Assembly: GCA_025786725.1 (NCBI GenBank)
Contig: JAHLTZ010000001.1
Span: 372,001 to 436,000 of the forward strand
DNA: 64,000 nucleotides
Source of the DNA: Syncephalis fuscata S228
Lineage: Eukaryota > Fungi > Zoopagomycota
Reading direction: 5' to 3'
The notes below the pieces were generated by a model. That model did not search any database. It was not told the origin of the DNA and was given only the letters and a program-made list of their open reading frames with translations. The first letter of the stretch is position 1; each line of letters opens with the position of its first letter. Of this stretch, positions 41,688 through 55,581 are shown piece by piece. The translations under genes and the position numbers were made by a program.

Positions 41688-44600
41688 ATGGCCTCGTTGG
41701 AAGAAAGCACTTCTAGACTTGAAAGCCAAAACGATAGTCAACAATACTCTAATAATCCAAGTTCACAAAATCCCCCGGCCGTTAATTTTGGAGAGCCATC
41801 CAATATTGACACAGAGGAGGCTAAGGTTAAATATGCCGCGTTAAGTAAAAGCTTTAGCCATGCCCCTCCCGATTCTTCACCAGCACAAGCTGAGGAGGGA
41901 GAAACCACTGGAAAAATTGATTTAGAAGCCTATCTTAACAATCGTCGAGATGAAGCTCTACGTCTTGGTATTCGCAGAAAAAAACTTGGTGTTAGTTTTC
42001 GTGATTTAGTTGTTATTGGCGACTCGGCTACGCGTGAACATATCCAAACCTTTTGGTCACCCTTCTATCATGCAGCCCGATCATTGGGAGCCATGCTTCA
42101 TATTGTTTCCAAGCCACCTCCTGGTGAGCCGTGGAAATTTTACACGGAATCACTGGGTTGTGTGCCGACGGTGAAATGCTTTTGGTGCTAGGAAAGCCAG
42201 GATCTGGATGTTCAACGTTTTTACGCGTGCTGGCCAACCAGCAGCGTATTTACAAAGACATTCGTGGGTCTATCTCTTATAGCGGCATTCCTGCAAAAGA
42301 AATGGACCAATATAAGGGAGAATTGCTTATAATCAAGAAGATGACGTCCATTATCCTAAGGTGGGTTTGATTATAATATTTAATATTAGATATCCAACTA
42401 ATGAACATCTTCAACAGCTGACAGTGAAGAATACACTTGAATTTGCTTGCAAATGTCGCACTCCAGATAAGAAGATAGCTAATACATCGAAAGAATTTGT
42501 AAACGAAATGGTCAATACTGCGTGCGAGGTTTTTGGCTTAACTCATTGTAAAGATACACAAGTTGGTAATGAAATGATTCGTGGTGTATCTGGCGGTGAG
42601 CGCAAACGTCTCTCGATTGCAGAGCAAATTGTCTCGATGTCAACTATTGGTATTTGGGATGGAAGTACAAAAGGTTTAGATGCTTCCACTGCATTGGACT
42701 TTGTTCGATCGTTACGAATTGCAACAGATACGCTTAACCGTACTACGATTGGAACATTTTATCAAGCAAGTGAAAACATATATGAAGTATTCGATAAAGT
42801 CTTGGTGCTTGATCAAGGTTACTGTCTTTATTTTGGCCCACAAAGCAAGCAAAAGCATATTTTGAAGAGCTTGGTCTTGAATGTCCTAAACGCATGACTA
42901 CGCCAGACTTTCTTACGGGAGTAACACAGCCACGGGAACGTCATGTAAAAAATGGATTTGAAGACACGGTTCCTAAAACAGCCGAGGAATTTGCAAATAG
43001 TTTTCGGAACAGTTCTAATTATACAGTAATTCTTAATGAGCTAGCCGAATTCAGCGAAAATCTGGAGCAGGAACGACCCGATGTGGAGTTTAGAGAAGCA
43101 GTCGTGCAAGCGCAGCATAAAGGTGTTAAGCGCCGATCACCTTATGTAACGCCATATAAGTATCAGTTAGCGGCCTGCCTGGTGCGAGAATTTCATTTAA
43201 TGTATGGAAACCGCTTTGAAATCATATCGCATTTTGTGTTTAATGCTGTCATGGCCGTCATTGTTGGATCTCTTTTCTACAAGTTACCTTTGAATGGGTC
43301 CGGCACTTTTACTCGTGGTGGTGCACTGTTTGTGTCGGTTCTTTTTAATGCACTTTCATCTCAATCGGAATTATCAAAGACATTTTATGGTCGCGGCGTT
43401 CTTTACAAGCACAAAGCACTTGCGCTGTATCATCCATCAGCATTTTATATTGCCCAAGTAATTGCAGACATTCCACGTATCTTGCTATCAGTTATTATTT
43501 ACGCTGTTCTTATTTATTGGATGTCAGAATTCTACTCGAGTGCAGCTGCATTCTTCACATTTGTTTTTGGTCTTTTTGTCATGGCTATGACTATGACTGC
43601 GCTATTTCGTATGTTTGGCGCTATTTCTCCAAACATTCAAGTAGCAAATATCATATCTGGTATTTTTCTACTAAGTTTTCTACTCTACACTGGCTACATT
43701 ATTCCATTAAGCAGTATGAAAGGATGGTTTATTTGGATTCGCTACATTAATCCGCTGGCCTGGGGCTTTGAAGCATTGCTCCTTAATGAGTATAAAAACT
43801 TGATTTTCAGATGTACGCCGCCTTACCTGGTTCCATTTGGTGCAGGCTATGATGACCTGCGCTTTAAAGCTTGCACTATTGCAGGTGCACGTCCAGCAAG
43901 CGACACAGTGTCTGGACCAGCCTATCTGAGTGCATATTTAGATGCCCACGTACCTATGCTTTGGCCAGACATTGTTATTACCATTGGATTCTGGTGTCTG
44001 TATGTCGGGGCAACAATGTTTTTTATTGAAGTGCTCGAGTTTGGCAAAGGTGGATACACAACCAATGTGTATAAATCAAATACGTCTCATAGAAACCGTT
44101 TTGGATATACTGTTGTTTCTCCCGAAGAGACACAGTCCATCGGCTCGGAGCAATCTACCGACATCAAGTCCAACTCGTCTCGAGGAAAACAAGCAGCGCT
44201 AAGTCATGACGAAATACCTATATTTTTTTGGAACAGAATTAATTATGTTGTTCCAGTCAAGACAGATCCTAATGGTAAACGGCGACTTCTTAATGGCGTT
44301 TCAGGCTGGGTACGCACTGGCGAGCTGATTGCATTAATGGGAAGTAGCGGTGCGGGAAAAACCACATTGCTTGATGTATTGGCACAGCGTAAATCGGAAG
44401 GCTCAGTAAGTGGTGACATTCGATTGCAAAAACATGTACCAAGTACCGATTTTCGGCTACTTACCGGCTATTGTGAGCAAATGGATGTACACAATCCGTA
44501 TTCTACCGTGCGGGAAGCACTTCACTTTTCCGCTAATTTACGTCGGCCATCAAGTGTGACCCAGAGAGAAAAGAATGACGATGTACAGACTATAATTCGA

Positions 44601-46423
44601 CTGTTGGAACTCGAGAACATTGAAAATGCCATGATTGGCCATCCTGAAACAGGCAAAGGCATTTCTGTTGAGGAGCGCAAACGAGTCACCATTGCTATGG
44701 AGCTGATTGCCAAACCAACCATTCTGTTCTTGGACGAGCCAACATCTGGCCTTGGTATGTTATCTATGTTGCACTATTAACCAAATAATTTATACATTTG
44801 CCATTTGCTACAGATGCACAAGCATCATTCACTATCATATCGCTTATTCGGAAATTGGCTGATCATGGACAAGCTATCGTGTGTACCATCCATCAGCCAT
44901 CAGCTATTTTGTTCGAGCACTTTGACAAGCTATTGCTACTGGCACGTGGTGGTAATACTGTTTATTTTGGCAAGCTGGGCAAAGACTCTCACGAACTTAT
45001 TTCGTACTTTGAACGCAACGGTGCGCCTGAGTGTCCTCGCACTGCCAATCCAGCTGAATACATTCTCGATGCTGTGGGTGCCGGTGTTTCAGCGACAGCC
45101 TCTCAGGACTGGCCAGCCATATGGCGTCAATCTCCGGAGGCACAAGAAGTACAAGAATCTTGTAGTCGTTACACTGCCGATTGCGAACAAGCAATAGCTG
45201 ATGAGGAGGCATCTGCAGAACACCATGATCGACATAGAGATAGTAAAGCAGCCTACTATACAAACAGTTACATGCAATGCAAAATTGTTACTAAACGAAT
45301 GATTCTCAACTATTGGCGCCAGCCAGACTACAACTTTGGTCGTTTACTCAACCAAATTATTGTAGCCTTAATTCTAGGCTTTACCTTTTATCGACTAGGC
45401 TACGATAAATCCGATTTAATGAATCGGTCGTTTGCTTTGTTCAAACAACCGTGCTTGGTGTTTTAGTCATTAACGATGTGATGCCGCAGTTCTTTCAGCA
45501 ACGAATTCTATTTGTACGTGAAACATCAGCAGGCTACTATTCATGGTGGGTGTTTACCACCGCCATGATAATAGCTGAATTACCGTATCTTTTGTTAAAT
45601 GCTACAATGTTTTTTGTTATCAACTACTACTTGACCAATTACAATCCTAAGGGATCGCGAGCTATATATTTTTATTTAATGTACGTTGTCTTTATATTTT
45701 TCGCAGGTACACTTGGCCAAGCATTGCCGCTATGACACCTAATCTTCAAGTAGCCATGTTGGCGGCACCTTTTTCTCTGCAATGATGGGTATTTTTAGCG
45801 GTGTTATTATACCCAATGCGGCAATGGTAACATTCTGGCGTCGATGGATGTATTGGGTTGATCCATACCATTATGTAATTGAGGTAAGTTTTATACTTGT
45901 AATGTAGGCATATTTAACAACCAGATTTTAGGGACTTTTGACTAATGACTTACACGAAAAACGGCTTTATTGCTACAACAACCAATTCAACATACTTCAA
46001 CCACCACCAGGCCAGACATGTGGCGCATATATGGCCAGATTTCTGGCTGCCAACACTGGGTACATCGACAATCCATCGGCTCGTTCGGATTGCCGTTATT
46101 GCCAGTACCGAGTTGGCGATGAATTCTATGCGGCATACGACTGGAGTTTCGTGCATCGCTGGCGTAACTTTTGCATCATTATCGGCTTTATTGTCGCCAA
46201 CATAGTAATAATGTTTGTAGCCATGAGTCGTTTTAAAACCAAAAAGCAAAAGTAAGTTGGTACAGGTTACAAATGTATTTACTAATGATATATTCTACAG
46301 AATTTCAAAAATATCGTCTACTGAAGAAGAGGCATATCAAGAGGTTGGCCCGGATATACATCCAAATGAAGATAGAGAAATGACAAATACAGAGATGTAT
46401 TATCAAAGAAAATTTATTCCTTA
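41688..46423 (+). CDS. Full-size ABCG/PDR-type ABC transporter, (NBD-TMD)2 topology
   Basis: LGKPGSGCST, VSGGERKRLSIAE, WDGSTKGLD, GSSGAGKTTLL, SVEERKRVTI, LDEPTSGLD and CTIHQPS; two TM blocks; several frameshifts. Confidence 0.96.
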
Positions 46424-47029
46424 ACTATTGGATTTAGTTAATAAATGCGTACAATAAACATATGTTAGTGCTTTAAATAATATAGAATTTAGCCAAATTA
46501 GATGTATATTGGCTATTAATCGTATAGACAATTTTGTAATGCTGTATCATGTTGCTATATTTTTTTTACTTTGAGTATGTACAAGTAAATTATAAAGTTA
46601 CATTAAAAATAAGACGACAATTACAAACATAAATAAGTGCGCAAAAATCTAGGCTAAGTGAACTTGGTTAGGCTTTATTATTACTAAAAACCATCAGCTA
46701 TATATTTATTTTCTTTGTATATTTTAATAATCACTCATCTACACGCTTAAAACGATTATCAGTACTATGCTGTGTAATTGATGATTTCATATTTATTGAA
46801 TAACTTTGATAGTTATTATTATTATTTATAGATCCAACTATAGCTACCTGGCTATCTTGCCAGTAGTTGTATTGAAGCAATATGTTTATTATCAGTTTTA
46901 ACTCTTGGCACTAAGTATTACGCCAAGCCTTAATTTACAATACACACATGCATATATATAGCTTTAAACTACTCGTATTTATTCAAGTGTTTAAAAATTG
47001 CCAGTAAAACTTTGAACAAACGCCATTAG

Positions 47030-47342
47030 TTAGTCAATGCGTTCTTCTGGGTGTTTTTTCTCCGACTTAGGCGACTTTGACATTTCTGGATTGATAGGGC
47101 GTATACGAAAACGAATAACGGTATACCATGCATGTGCGATGCCTTTATAGCGTTTACATATCAGTGTAAGATGTATAGTAATTATATAAACAACTGTATT
47201 ACTTACCTGGAACTGCTCCACAAAATGTCAAGCCAATATTTAAAATGAATGGGAATCCAAGTCCGCGTTTAATAAAAACAGCAAGCGGAGGCATAAAAAA
47301 CCCAACGACCAGCAGGCCAATATCACGCTTTGCAATATGCAT
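47030..47342 (-). CDS. Pmp3/UPF0057 family small membrane proteolipid, 2 exons
   Basis: MHIAKRDIGLLVVGFFMPPLAVFIKRGLGFPFILNIGLTFCGAVPG|IAHAWY; PPLAV and PG..HA.Y signature. Confidence 0.9.
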
Positions 47343-47718
47343 GTTTAGTTCAAGAATAATATCACAAACCACAATGAAGAAAGAAAGACAACTACAAAGG
47401 TTGGATGACGTAGGCTGTTATCAGTTATAATAGTAAAAATAAATTGTTCTTATGATTTATTTTTATTCAGTAAATCTTGATATATATATTGACTTTATTC
47501 ATACACAAATAACTTACAATTAAACAATAAATAAACGTATTAATAAGCAACTGATGTCGTAGCTGCTTCAACGTATACACTTGTCTAGGTGGTGGCACCT
47601 TTGCTTAATACCAGTGTGGCATTAATAATCATTCTATTTTAAAATAAAAAATATTTTTCTTTTTTATCATTATTTTATCAACACACACTTTCTTCAAACT
47701 ACTATACAAACAACATTC

Positions 47719-50357
47719 ATGGGGAAAGGCAGTAAGAACAGCAGTAATGGCCTTGGAAGAGCCATTATGCGGGCTCGATTCAACGGACGGTCCGTGATTC
47801 CGCCAATCCTTCAGTTAGAGTAAGTACTAGACCACGATTGGTATTATTTACTGACCATAATGCTTAGCACACGACCGAGGTTGAGGATGGGCCGAACTGG
47901 GTCAAGATGCAGTCTATAACACAGGAAAATGATCTTGACGAGTTTCTACGAACGGCACAGCTTGCAGGCACTGAATTTACAGCTGGTAAGTATACTTTTA
48001 ATAGCAATTAACTATTGACTATTTGACTGACTGGCTGGTTGTGTGTGCGTGCCATAGAACGACTTAATGTTAAAGTCGTCTCAAACGCTTATAACAATCC
48101 TTTCCTACTTACAAAGCAACAAGAGAAAGAAGCGCTTGAGAAGCAGGAAGAGCATCGTGACAATCTAACGGTACCTCGACGGTAATTATACTTACGATAT
48201 GCAAATTGATACTTATAAATAAAATAGACCACGCTGGGACAAAACAACCACGGCAGAAGAATTGCAACAAGCTGAACGAGAAAGCTTTGTAGACTGGCGT
48301 CGTGGACTTGCACAGTAAGTAAATAATTGATATTGTGAATGAATAGGATGTTTACATGTAGTATATAGACTGGAAGAGGAACATGGACTGATACTTACAC
48401 CATTTGAAAAGAATCTTGAAGTCTGGCGTCAATTATGGCGTGTTATTGAACGATCCGACTTGATAGTACAAATTGTAGATGCACGTAATCCACTATTTTT
48501 CCGCTCTACCGATCTTGAAACCTATGTTAATGAAATTGATCCACGAAAACGCTGTTTACTTTTAGTTAACAAGGCAGATATGTTAACCAGTAATCAACGG
48601 TAATTAATATTAATTTTAAATATTTAATTTATACTAATTTAATTATTAGACGTATCTGGGCAGATCATTTTGAAAGTGCCGGTATTGAATATTTATATTT
48701 TTCTGCATTAAAAGCTGGAACAGCCAACAAAGACGAAGATGAAGACGAAGACAAGAAGATGAAGACGAAGACGAAGACAGAAGAAGAAGAAGAAGAAGAA
48801 GAAGAAGAAGAAGAAACTGTAGAAAAAGTAAGTATTTATTAATTATTCTATATTTTGTTATTACTTATATAAATGAACATTAGATAACAGATCAATTAAA
48901 AGAATCAGAATTAAAAGATAAAGATGAATCAGATCAAGAGTCAGAGTCAGAATCAGAATTATTAGATAATATTCTGTTAAAGTAAATAATAAAGTATATG
49001 AAAAAGAGTAGAAGAGGAAGAGGAAGAAGAGGCAATCCGTGTTCTTTCAGCAGAAGAACTAGCTGATCGTTACTTTTAGAGTGTCCATCTATGGAAGGTA
49101 ATATAATATAATATAATATAATATACAAAATACATATTGTTAATCAACAATAATATATGTAGGTCAATTGGATGCATCAGGCCAACAGCGTAAAGCCAAT
49201 ATTGGATTAGTTGGATATCCAAATGTAGGCAAGAGTTCAACGATTAACGCATTGGTGGGTGCCAAATGTGTAGCCGTTGGATCTACTCCAGGTAAAACAA
49301 AACACTTTCAAGTAAGTTACTAGTCAATTAGTACTCATTTAGTTAATTCATATCATCACCATAATAATAGACCATTCACTTGACCGATCAAATTCTGTTA
49401 TGTGATTGTCCGGGTCTGGTATTCCCTACATTTGCCACTACCAAGGCGGCCATGGTGTGTGATGGTGTATTGCCTATTGATCAATTACGTGAATACACCG
49501 GTCCAATGGGTCTAGTCTCTCAGCGCATACCTAAATGGTTTATCGAAGCCACTTATGGTATCAAAGTTGTTATGCGCAGTGAAGAAGAAGGTGGCACGGG
49601 TATTCCTACAGCTGAAGAAGTGCTTATTGCCTATGCCAGTAAGTATACCAATAAATATAATATATTGTCAATACATTTACTAATAGATGAATAATAGCGG
49701 CTCGTGGTTTCATGAAGTCTGGTATGGGTAATCCTGACGAGTCTCGTGCTGCACGACACATCCTTAAAGACTATGTCAATGTAGGATCATATATTACATT
49801 TACTAATGTTCCTATTAATATTAACTACATTCATTGTATTTAGGGCAAACTATTATTTTGTCATTCGCCACCAGCACTTAATGCCCTTGAATTCAACAAA
49901 GAAACGCACGATCCAGCTTTGTTTGAACAAAAGTTTGAACGTAAAAAGCTAGTAGGCCTTGCTCGACAGGTAATCATAACACTCTAACTATTTAGTGTAG
50001 CCTATTATTAATACTACTGTTGATATATAGCTTAAAGAAGTTACAAGAAATACTGGCCCTTCTACCGACATCGCTCAGACTAAACCAAGTGGCTCCAGTC
50101 GAGTTAACGCACTGGATAATGCTTTCTTTAATGTTCAACACTCAACACCACGTGTTATGGGCAAATATGCATCCCATGGATTTAATCGAGTACAAATGTT
50201 TCCACATCAAATACGCACACGAAATGATGGCACAATTGATACAAGTGAAGCAGTAGGTGGTGGAGGTGCACCGATACTTGTACAAGACAAAGGAAAGAAG
50301 CACATGAAAGGAAAGAAACACGTAAAGCATCGCCATCGTACAGGCTATGACATTTAG
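47719..50357 (+). CDS. LSG1: Large subunit GTPase 1 (circularly permuted GTPase, 60S export)
   Basis: GLGRAI, TPFEKNLEVWRQLWRVIERSD, DARNP, NKAD, GYPNVGKSST, TPGKTKHFQ, DCPGLVFP and PDESRAAR. Confidence 0.97.
48731..48815 (+). repeat. GAA/GAC repeat encoding an acidic Asp/Glu tract in LSG1
   Basis: (gaa)n and gacgaagat units. Confidence 0.9.
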
Positions 50358-51913
50358 TCAGTTTGTGGTAATCGTTTCTCTATAAGATTGCATAAAACAT
50401 TTGGAAGATCATTCTGATCGCGAAATGCTATTCATTATTAATATAATAACAATTATTATTAGTAAATATTCGTATGATAAACATAATGACTACTTACCTG
50501 GAAAGTAATTGACATCTACCACGTAATAATCATTATTGCTAGATGCTATAATAACATCAAATCCAAATAGTGTAATTGACTAGTGTATTGTGGATAGATG
50601 AGCAAGGGCTATAGAGATTATGCACTATAATTACCAGTAATTTACTCAGAACATTAGCTATACGGCGAATACGTTCTTGATCCACTGATTGTAATCTTTG
50701 TTGCCATATCTGTTCTGGCATAATATGATTAATACCAGGATAAACAGGAGGATTAATAGTAGGTGAGTATTGTCAGAAGGTGAAATGAACTTTTTGGGTA
50801 ATTCTTGACTATCAAATTTAAGCATATCTAATTTAATTATTAGTATACGATCAATATGATTTATATTTATATTTATATTATTTACTTTGTGATGCAGAAT
50901 AGCTACTTGCATCCATCATCGATGGACGAGCATTAATATTTAACCAGTCATCGGCTACATATACTTTGAATATAATACCACCATGATCAATAAACTCTTG
51001 AATAATCATTGGTTCTTGTATAATTAGACGGGTAGATTGATTAGATGACTCGGTATTACTGGTTGTTGATCCTATCTGTATATCATCGGGTGACCATACT
51101 AAACTCATATAATGTGATTCAGGTGACTCTGATGCCAATACTGTTTTACATATAACCTATAATATAAAGATAATTTGAATTGTTATGTAAATAAAGCTAG
51201 TACTATTACTACTTACTGGAAAGCGTAGACGAGCCAGATGATCGTTTAATGTGTGTTCATTATTACAGTTGATAGGATTTATGACTTTATAAGGTGGTAC
51301 TTTAAAATCTATTAAATTATTGGTCAAATTAACAATGTTATGCATAATATTGCTATTACCTAGTGCTGATCCTGATTGTTGCTGTTGTTGTTGTTGTTGA
51401 CATTCAATGAGCGCATTTAATGTTGATTCACGGCTTAAAATGGTAATTAAGCTACTTGGCGGATCAATCCATACAATTGTTGGATAATCTCGTACCAAGT
51501 TCTATGAGAATACAATACATATAAAACGTTATTATGTTATTATGTTACTAGAATTGTAGGACAAGAATCAGTGTGCGTGTATAGACATCCCTACACACCT
51601 CAATTGTTTGCCAATATTGTTTTGCTTTACTTTCACCACGATTAGCTGACAGTAAAATATGCGTTGCTTTGTGTAGAATAGCTACAAAGGGCCTTGCTCC
51701 TCGAATGGTCTATCCAAGTCAAGCGGTACAAACTCAAAGCCGCGTTCTCTGTTGTAATTACGCTTAGACCCACTGTATAACGTCATTGCTTGTTGACACT
51801 TACTGGCTTACACGGTTTATTTTATCAAATTTAATGTTAACGGTCTTTTTCGGCGATAGAATATAGCCAACCCGCCGTCTGGGCACTAGTGGCAATGAGT
51901 GGTTATTAGTCAT
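50354..51913 (-). CDS. ITPK1: Inositol-tetrakisphosphate 1-kinase / inositol 1,3,4-trisphosphate 5/6-kinase (ATP-grasp)
   Basis: RVGYILSPKK, LDLDRPFEEQGP..AILHKAT, WIDPP, LRFPVICK...SHYMSLV, QEFIDHGGIIFKVYV, RPS, LFGFDVI and VDVNYFP all match the ITPK1 motif order. Confidence 0.92.
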
Positions 51914-52247
51914 ATTGTTGCTGATAAGACACAATAAAGCCAGATATCATTAAAGATAGGCCTAGATAATCGATGGATCGTGTGAATGGGAATCTTTTAA
52001 TGGGCGAATTGGATCGCTTTAGGAGTGATATAAAATGGGAGACAAGGAATGAAAATTTGCTATAGAAATATATTTACTCAGCGATATCAGTTACTATGAA
52101 CAACACGAAAACTATTTTTGAACAATGGCTAATATAAATAAATAGATAATTTTTTTATAATTTAATAAAATATACGATTCAATTACTTTTCACTAGTGTT
52201 TATATACTTTTACTTTCTGGTTCAATCAATATAACAACACCAACACT

Positions 52248-52816
52248 ATGGCTAGCAATACACAAGCATCGTCTATTACGGTGATTAAAACGAATACGGC
52301 ACAGGAATTGGCTGATGCTTATTCTGTACGGATCGATGTATTTGTTCATGAACAAGGTGTTGATCCTAGCTCGGAAATTGAACCGTAAGTTATTATTACT
52401 TTATGTATTATTAAACAATAGATAGATATTTATACGAAAATAAGCTACTAATGATTGATAATAGAGAAGATGATCTGGCCTACCATTGGGTGGCTTATAA
52501 ATCAACATCGACCACTGATGCCAACAACGATAAAGTACCAGTTGGCACGGTGCGTTTATTGCCATCATCGTCATCGCCATCATCGGCTAAACTTGGCCGT
52601 TTTGCTGTTTTAGCCTCGTGTCGCGGTCAAGGCATTGGCCGTCTACTTATGAATCAGTTGCATGACTATGCCAAATCGATTGGATTACAAAGAATTTACA
52701 TGCATGCACAAAGCGATAAAACTCGGTTTTATGAATTGTTTGGCTATACCGTCTACGATGCTACTATTTTCTATGAGGAGAATATTCCACATGTTAAAAT
52801 GGAGCGTTTACTTTGA
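52248..52816 (+). CDS. GNAT family N-acetyltransferase (ElaA/YjcF-like), 2 exons
   Basis: VRIDVFVHEQG, GTVRL, LGRFAVLASCRGQGIG, HAQ, FYELFGY and EENIPHVKM. Confidence 0.92.
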
Positions 52817-52893
52817 AATAAAGACAATGCTAATTGTTACAGCATTTTTTGGCTTTATTAGATTAAATCAAGCAGCTATCCCGTCACCGTCTA

Positions 52894-53679
52894 TTACTCT
52901 CGACTAAATAGCATGACAACAAAGAGGACACCCAAAAGAACGTAGCGCAATTGTGGATAGTCGTTAATCAAAATAGTGACCATACCAATATATGGCAAGT
53001 GACTAATTAGATAAAATATTAATTAGATTAGGCTATTATGTTATAGTGGCTCATTAAAACCTACCCTTTAACACGACCTACAACGTCTTGCTTTCTGATC
53101 CAGTCTTGGTCAGCATTATAAAGACCGCGATCATTTGGAATATTGTTATCGCCCTTAGTTAATAAATACTGTTCTCCTGTCTTTCGGCTGAATTGCTCGG
53201 AGTTAGATTGACTTGTCTCAGCAATAAACAATAATATGCCACTGCTTACTTGTTATGTACGCGTAATACTCGATGCACAATAGGAATATCACGACCTTCA
53301 ATCTTAAATACGCAAATATCATTGATAGCAACTGGCTTTTCATCTAAAGATAGGAAAAGAAGATCGCCGCGTTGGAATGCTGGCTCCATACTTCCACTAT
53401 AATGGAACAGAGATGAGTTATAGCTGTATATACATTGCTATAATTGCCACCTACCTAAGCACTACAACAATAGGACTTTCACTATTGCTATAGACGGCCA
53501 TTCCTTTCCATATCATCAAAGCAGAAGAAATGATGAGAAGGAAATTGAGACATTGCGAAGCTAGCTGTATTGCATATTCCGTGTCAATCGTTATTGAATA
53601 AGCGCACGTAAGCAGCGGTAGGACAGCTTCTACTTACCTGTCGTATACTCATTTGTCGAATTGATTGTAGTCCCTCCAT
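52894..53679 (-). CDS. SEC11: Signal peptidase complex catalytic subunit, 5 exons
   Basis: [42 protein letters not shown] and PYIGMVTI. Confidence 0.97.
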
Positions 53680-54439
53680 AGTATGATAATGATTGCACTG
53701 TAAACTAGTAATAGCGATGAAAACAGAAAACAGAAAGTGGAAATAAAGGTATAATTATGTTGATGGGTTAATTAACTATTGGTCCAAATAATAACATTTT
53801 TATTTAGTTATTAATATATAAGCTTTTTTATGCTATTAAACAGAATTAAAAGTAAAAAATAAATAACACTTGAATAAACAGATATTACTCTCTATCTGTG
53901 GAGTATGCTATAATGAGCGTAAAAACGATAGCAGAGAGAGAAAATTTAATAACATCCAATCTAATGAATATGGTGATGGGTGGTGAGTGACATCAAAGTT
54001 TAAAATACTCATCATTGTAGATTTATTATCCAGTATGCATATATTCTATATTTATTTATATCATTTTTATGATTTCTTATCGTACATTTGTTATTTTGTA
54101 TATTATTTTATACTCGCATAATCTTTCTCTATCCAGTGCTATTTTATTTTTTGTTTGAGCGTTATTATTAATAAAGTTTAATTTAAAAGTGTAAATATTA
54201 TTAGATACAGTTATTTGATCACCAAAACAATAGCAAACGTTTAGTAATTGTTTATAAAATTATAAATAACATTAATATTAACTTATTACAAGTATATCCA
54301 TTTATATAATTAAAACATGAACTGATTAAAGTTTAGTATTATGATTAAAAAAGAGTCTGCATTAATAAATGTATCTATTTATTATAGCATTAACAGCAAT
54401 AGTAATAATCGGCTTATTTACTTATATGATTAAATGTTT

Positions 54440-55581
54440 CTATTGCAATTCTGTCCATGCTCGGCCTGGATCGGATACGGTCACTTTATCAACGCAGCCA
54501 ACGGTGATGCTGCTGTCGGCTGGAAGTGGACATGGACTGACAATAAACAGAGTCTTACCATTGGGCCACCCAATTCGAGGTTTCGTGGATGATTAAATGT
54601 TGTTTCAATACGAGCCAATAACTCGCCACTGGGCGATAATTTAACCACTTCGTTACGTGTGGCGCGTGTTACATACAGTGCTCCAGTGACATCAGTGCGC
54701 ATACCATCAACCTCAACGTCGCCTGTATTGTCGAGTTTAGTAAAGTCTACGAGTAGGCCAATTCGCTCGACCACACGACCCGTCCCCGGTTCAAGACGAT
54801 AGCGCCAAATACGACTGGCTGTAGGTGTCCAGCCGCCAAGCGATTCGGATACGTACAACGTCTCACCGTCCGGAGAAACTTCGATGCCGTTGGTGCGACC
54901 CATACCATCGGCAGAAAAGCGGGCCGCTGTGCCATCGGCCCTGCAATGCCATAAGTCGCCAATACTTACGTCTCCGGTAACTTTCATACCGGTTAGATAA
55001 ATGTTTTGGCCATCTGGTGTAACTGCCAGGTCGTTTGGCTGTATCATTGATGGATCAGCACACACAGTACGCATCTTGAGCCCACCATCTTCTGATTCAT
55101 CCTTGGGTGGCACACGGTTGCCTGACCATGAAAGCTCAATTACGCGATGGTTATTGACATCACCAACTAGCATACGACCGCCGTCGTCACTACCATCTAG
55201 CGGCTTCTTTATCCGTGCTCCATTGAACCAACTGTTGGGTGAGGGGTCGGTGTACCATATATTTGCTTTGCTAGTGCTTGCCTCTAGTCGGCCTATTGTA
55301 TTAAATGGTGTTTGTGGTGAGGTATTATTTTCAGCGCGAAAGTCGGTTGCATACATATTTCCATCCGCGTCTACGGTTACGCCTTCGACGTTATCAGAAA
55401 ACCAATTGGCTGGTGTAGACGGCATAGGGACACGCTCTGCTTTGAGAATTTCGACAGCTTGTCGACGTGTCAGCCCATCGTTACATGTAACGTGCAACAC
55501 TTCCAGTAATATTACAGCAATGCATAGTCTTCCTCGAGACACTGGCTTAAAGCTACGAATCAGTTTTGCAATCGGCTTCAT
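54440..55581 (-). CDS. SMP-30/gluconolactonase family six-bladed beta-propeller, possibly secreted, intronless
   Basis: VEGVTVDADGN, QPNDLAV, TNGIEVSPDG, DGMRTDVTGALYV and NLELGG; a frameshift near 54565 restores the ending ...PGRAWTELQ*. Confidence 0.9.
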
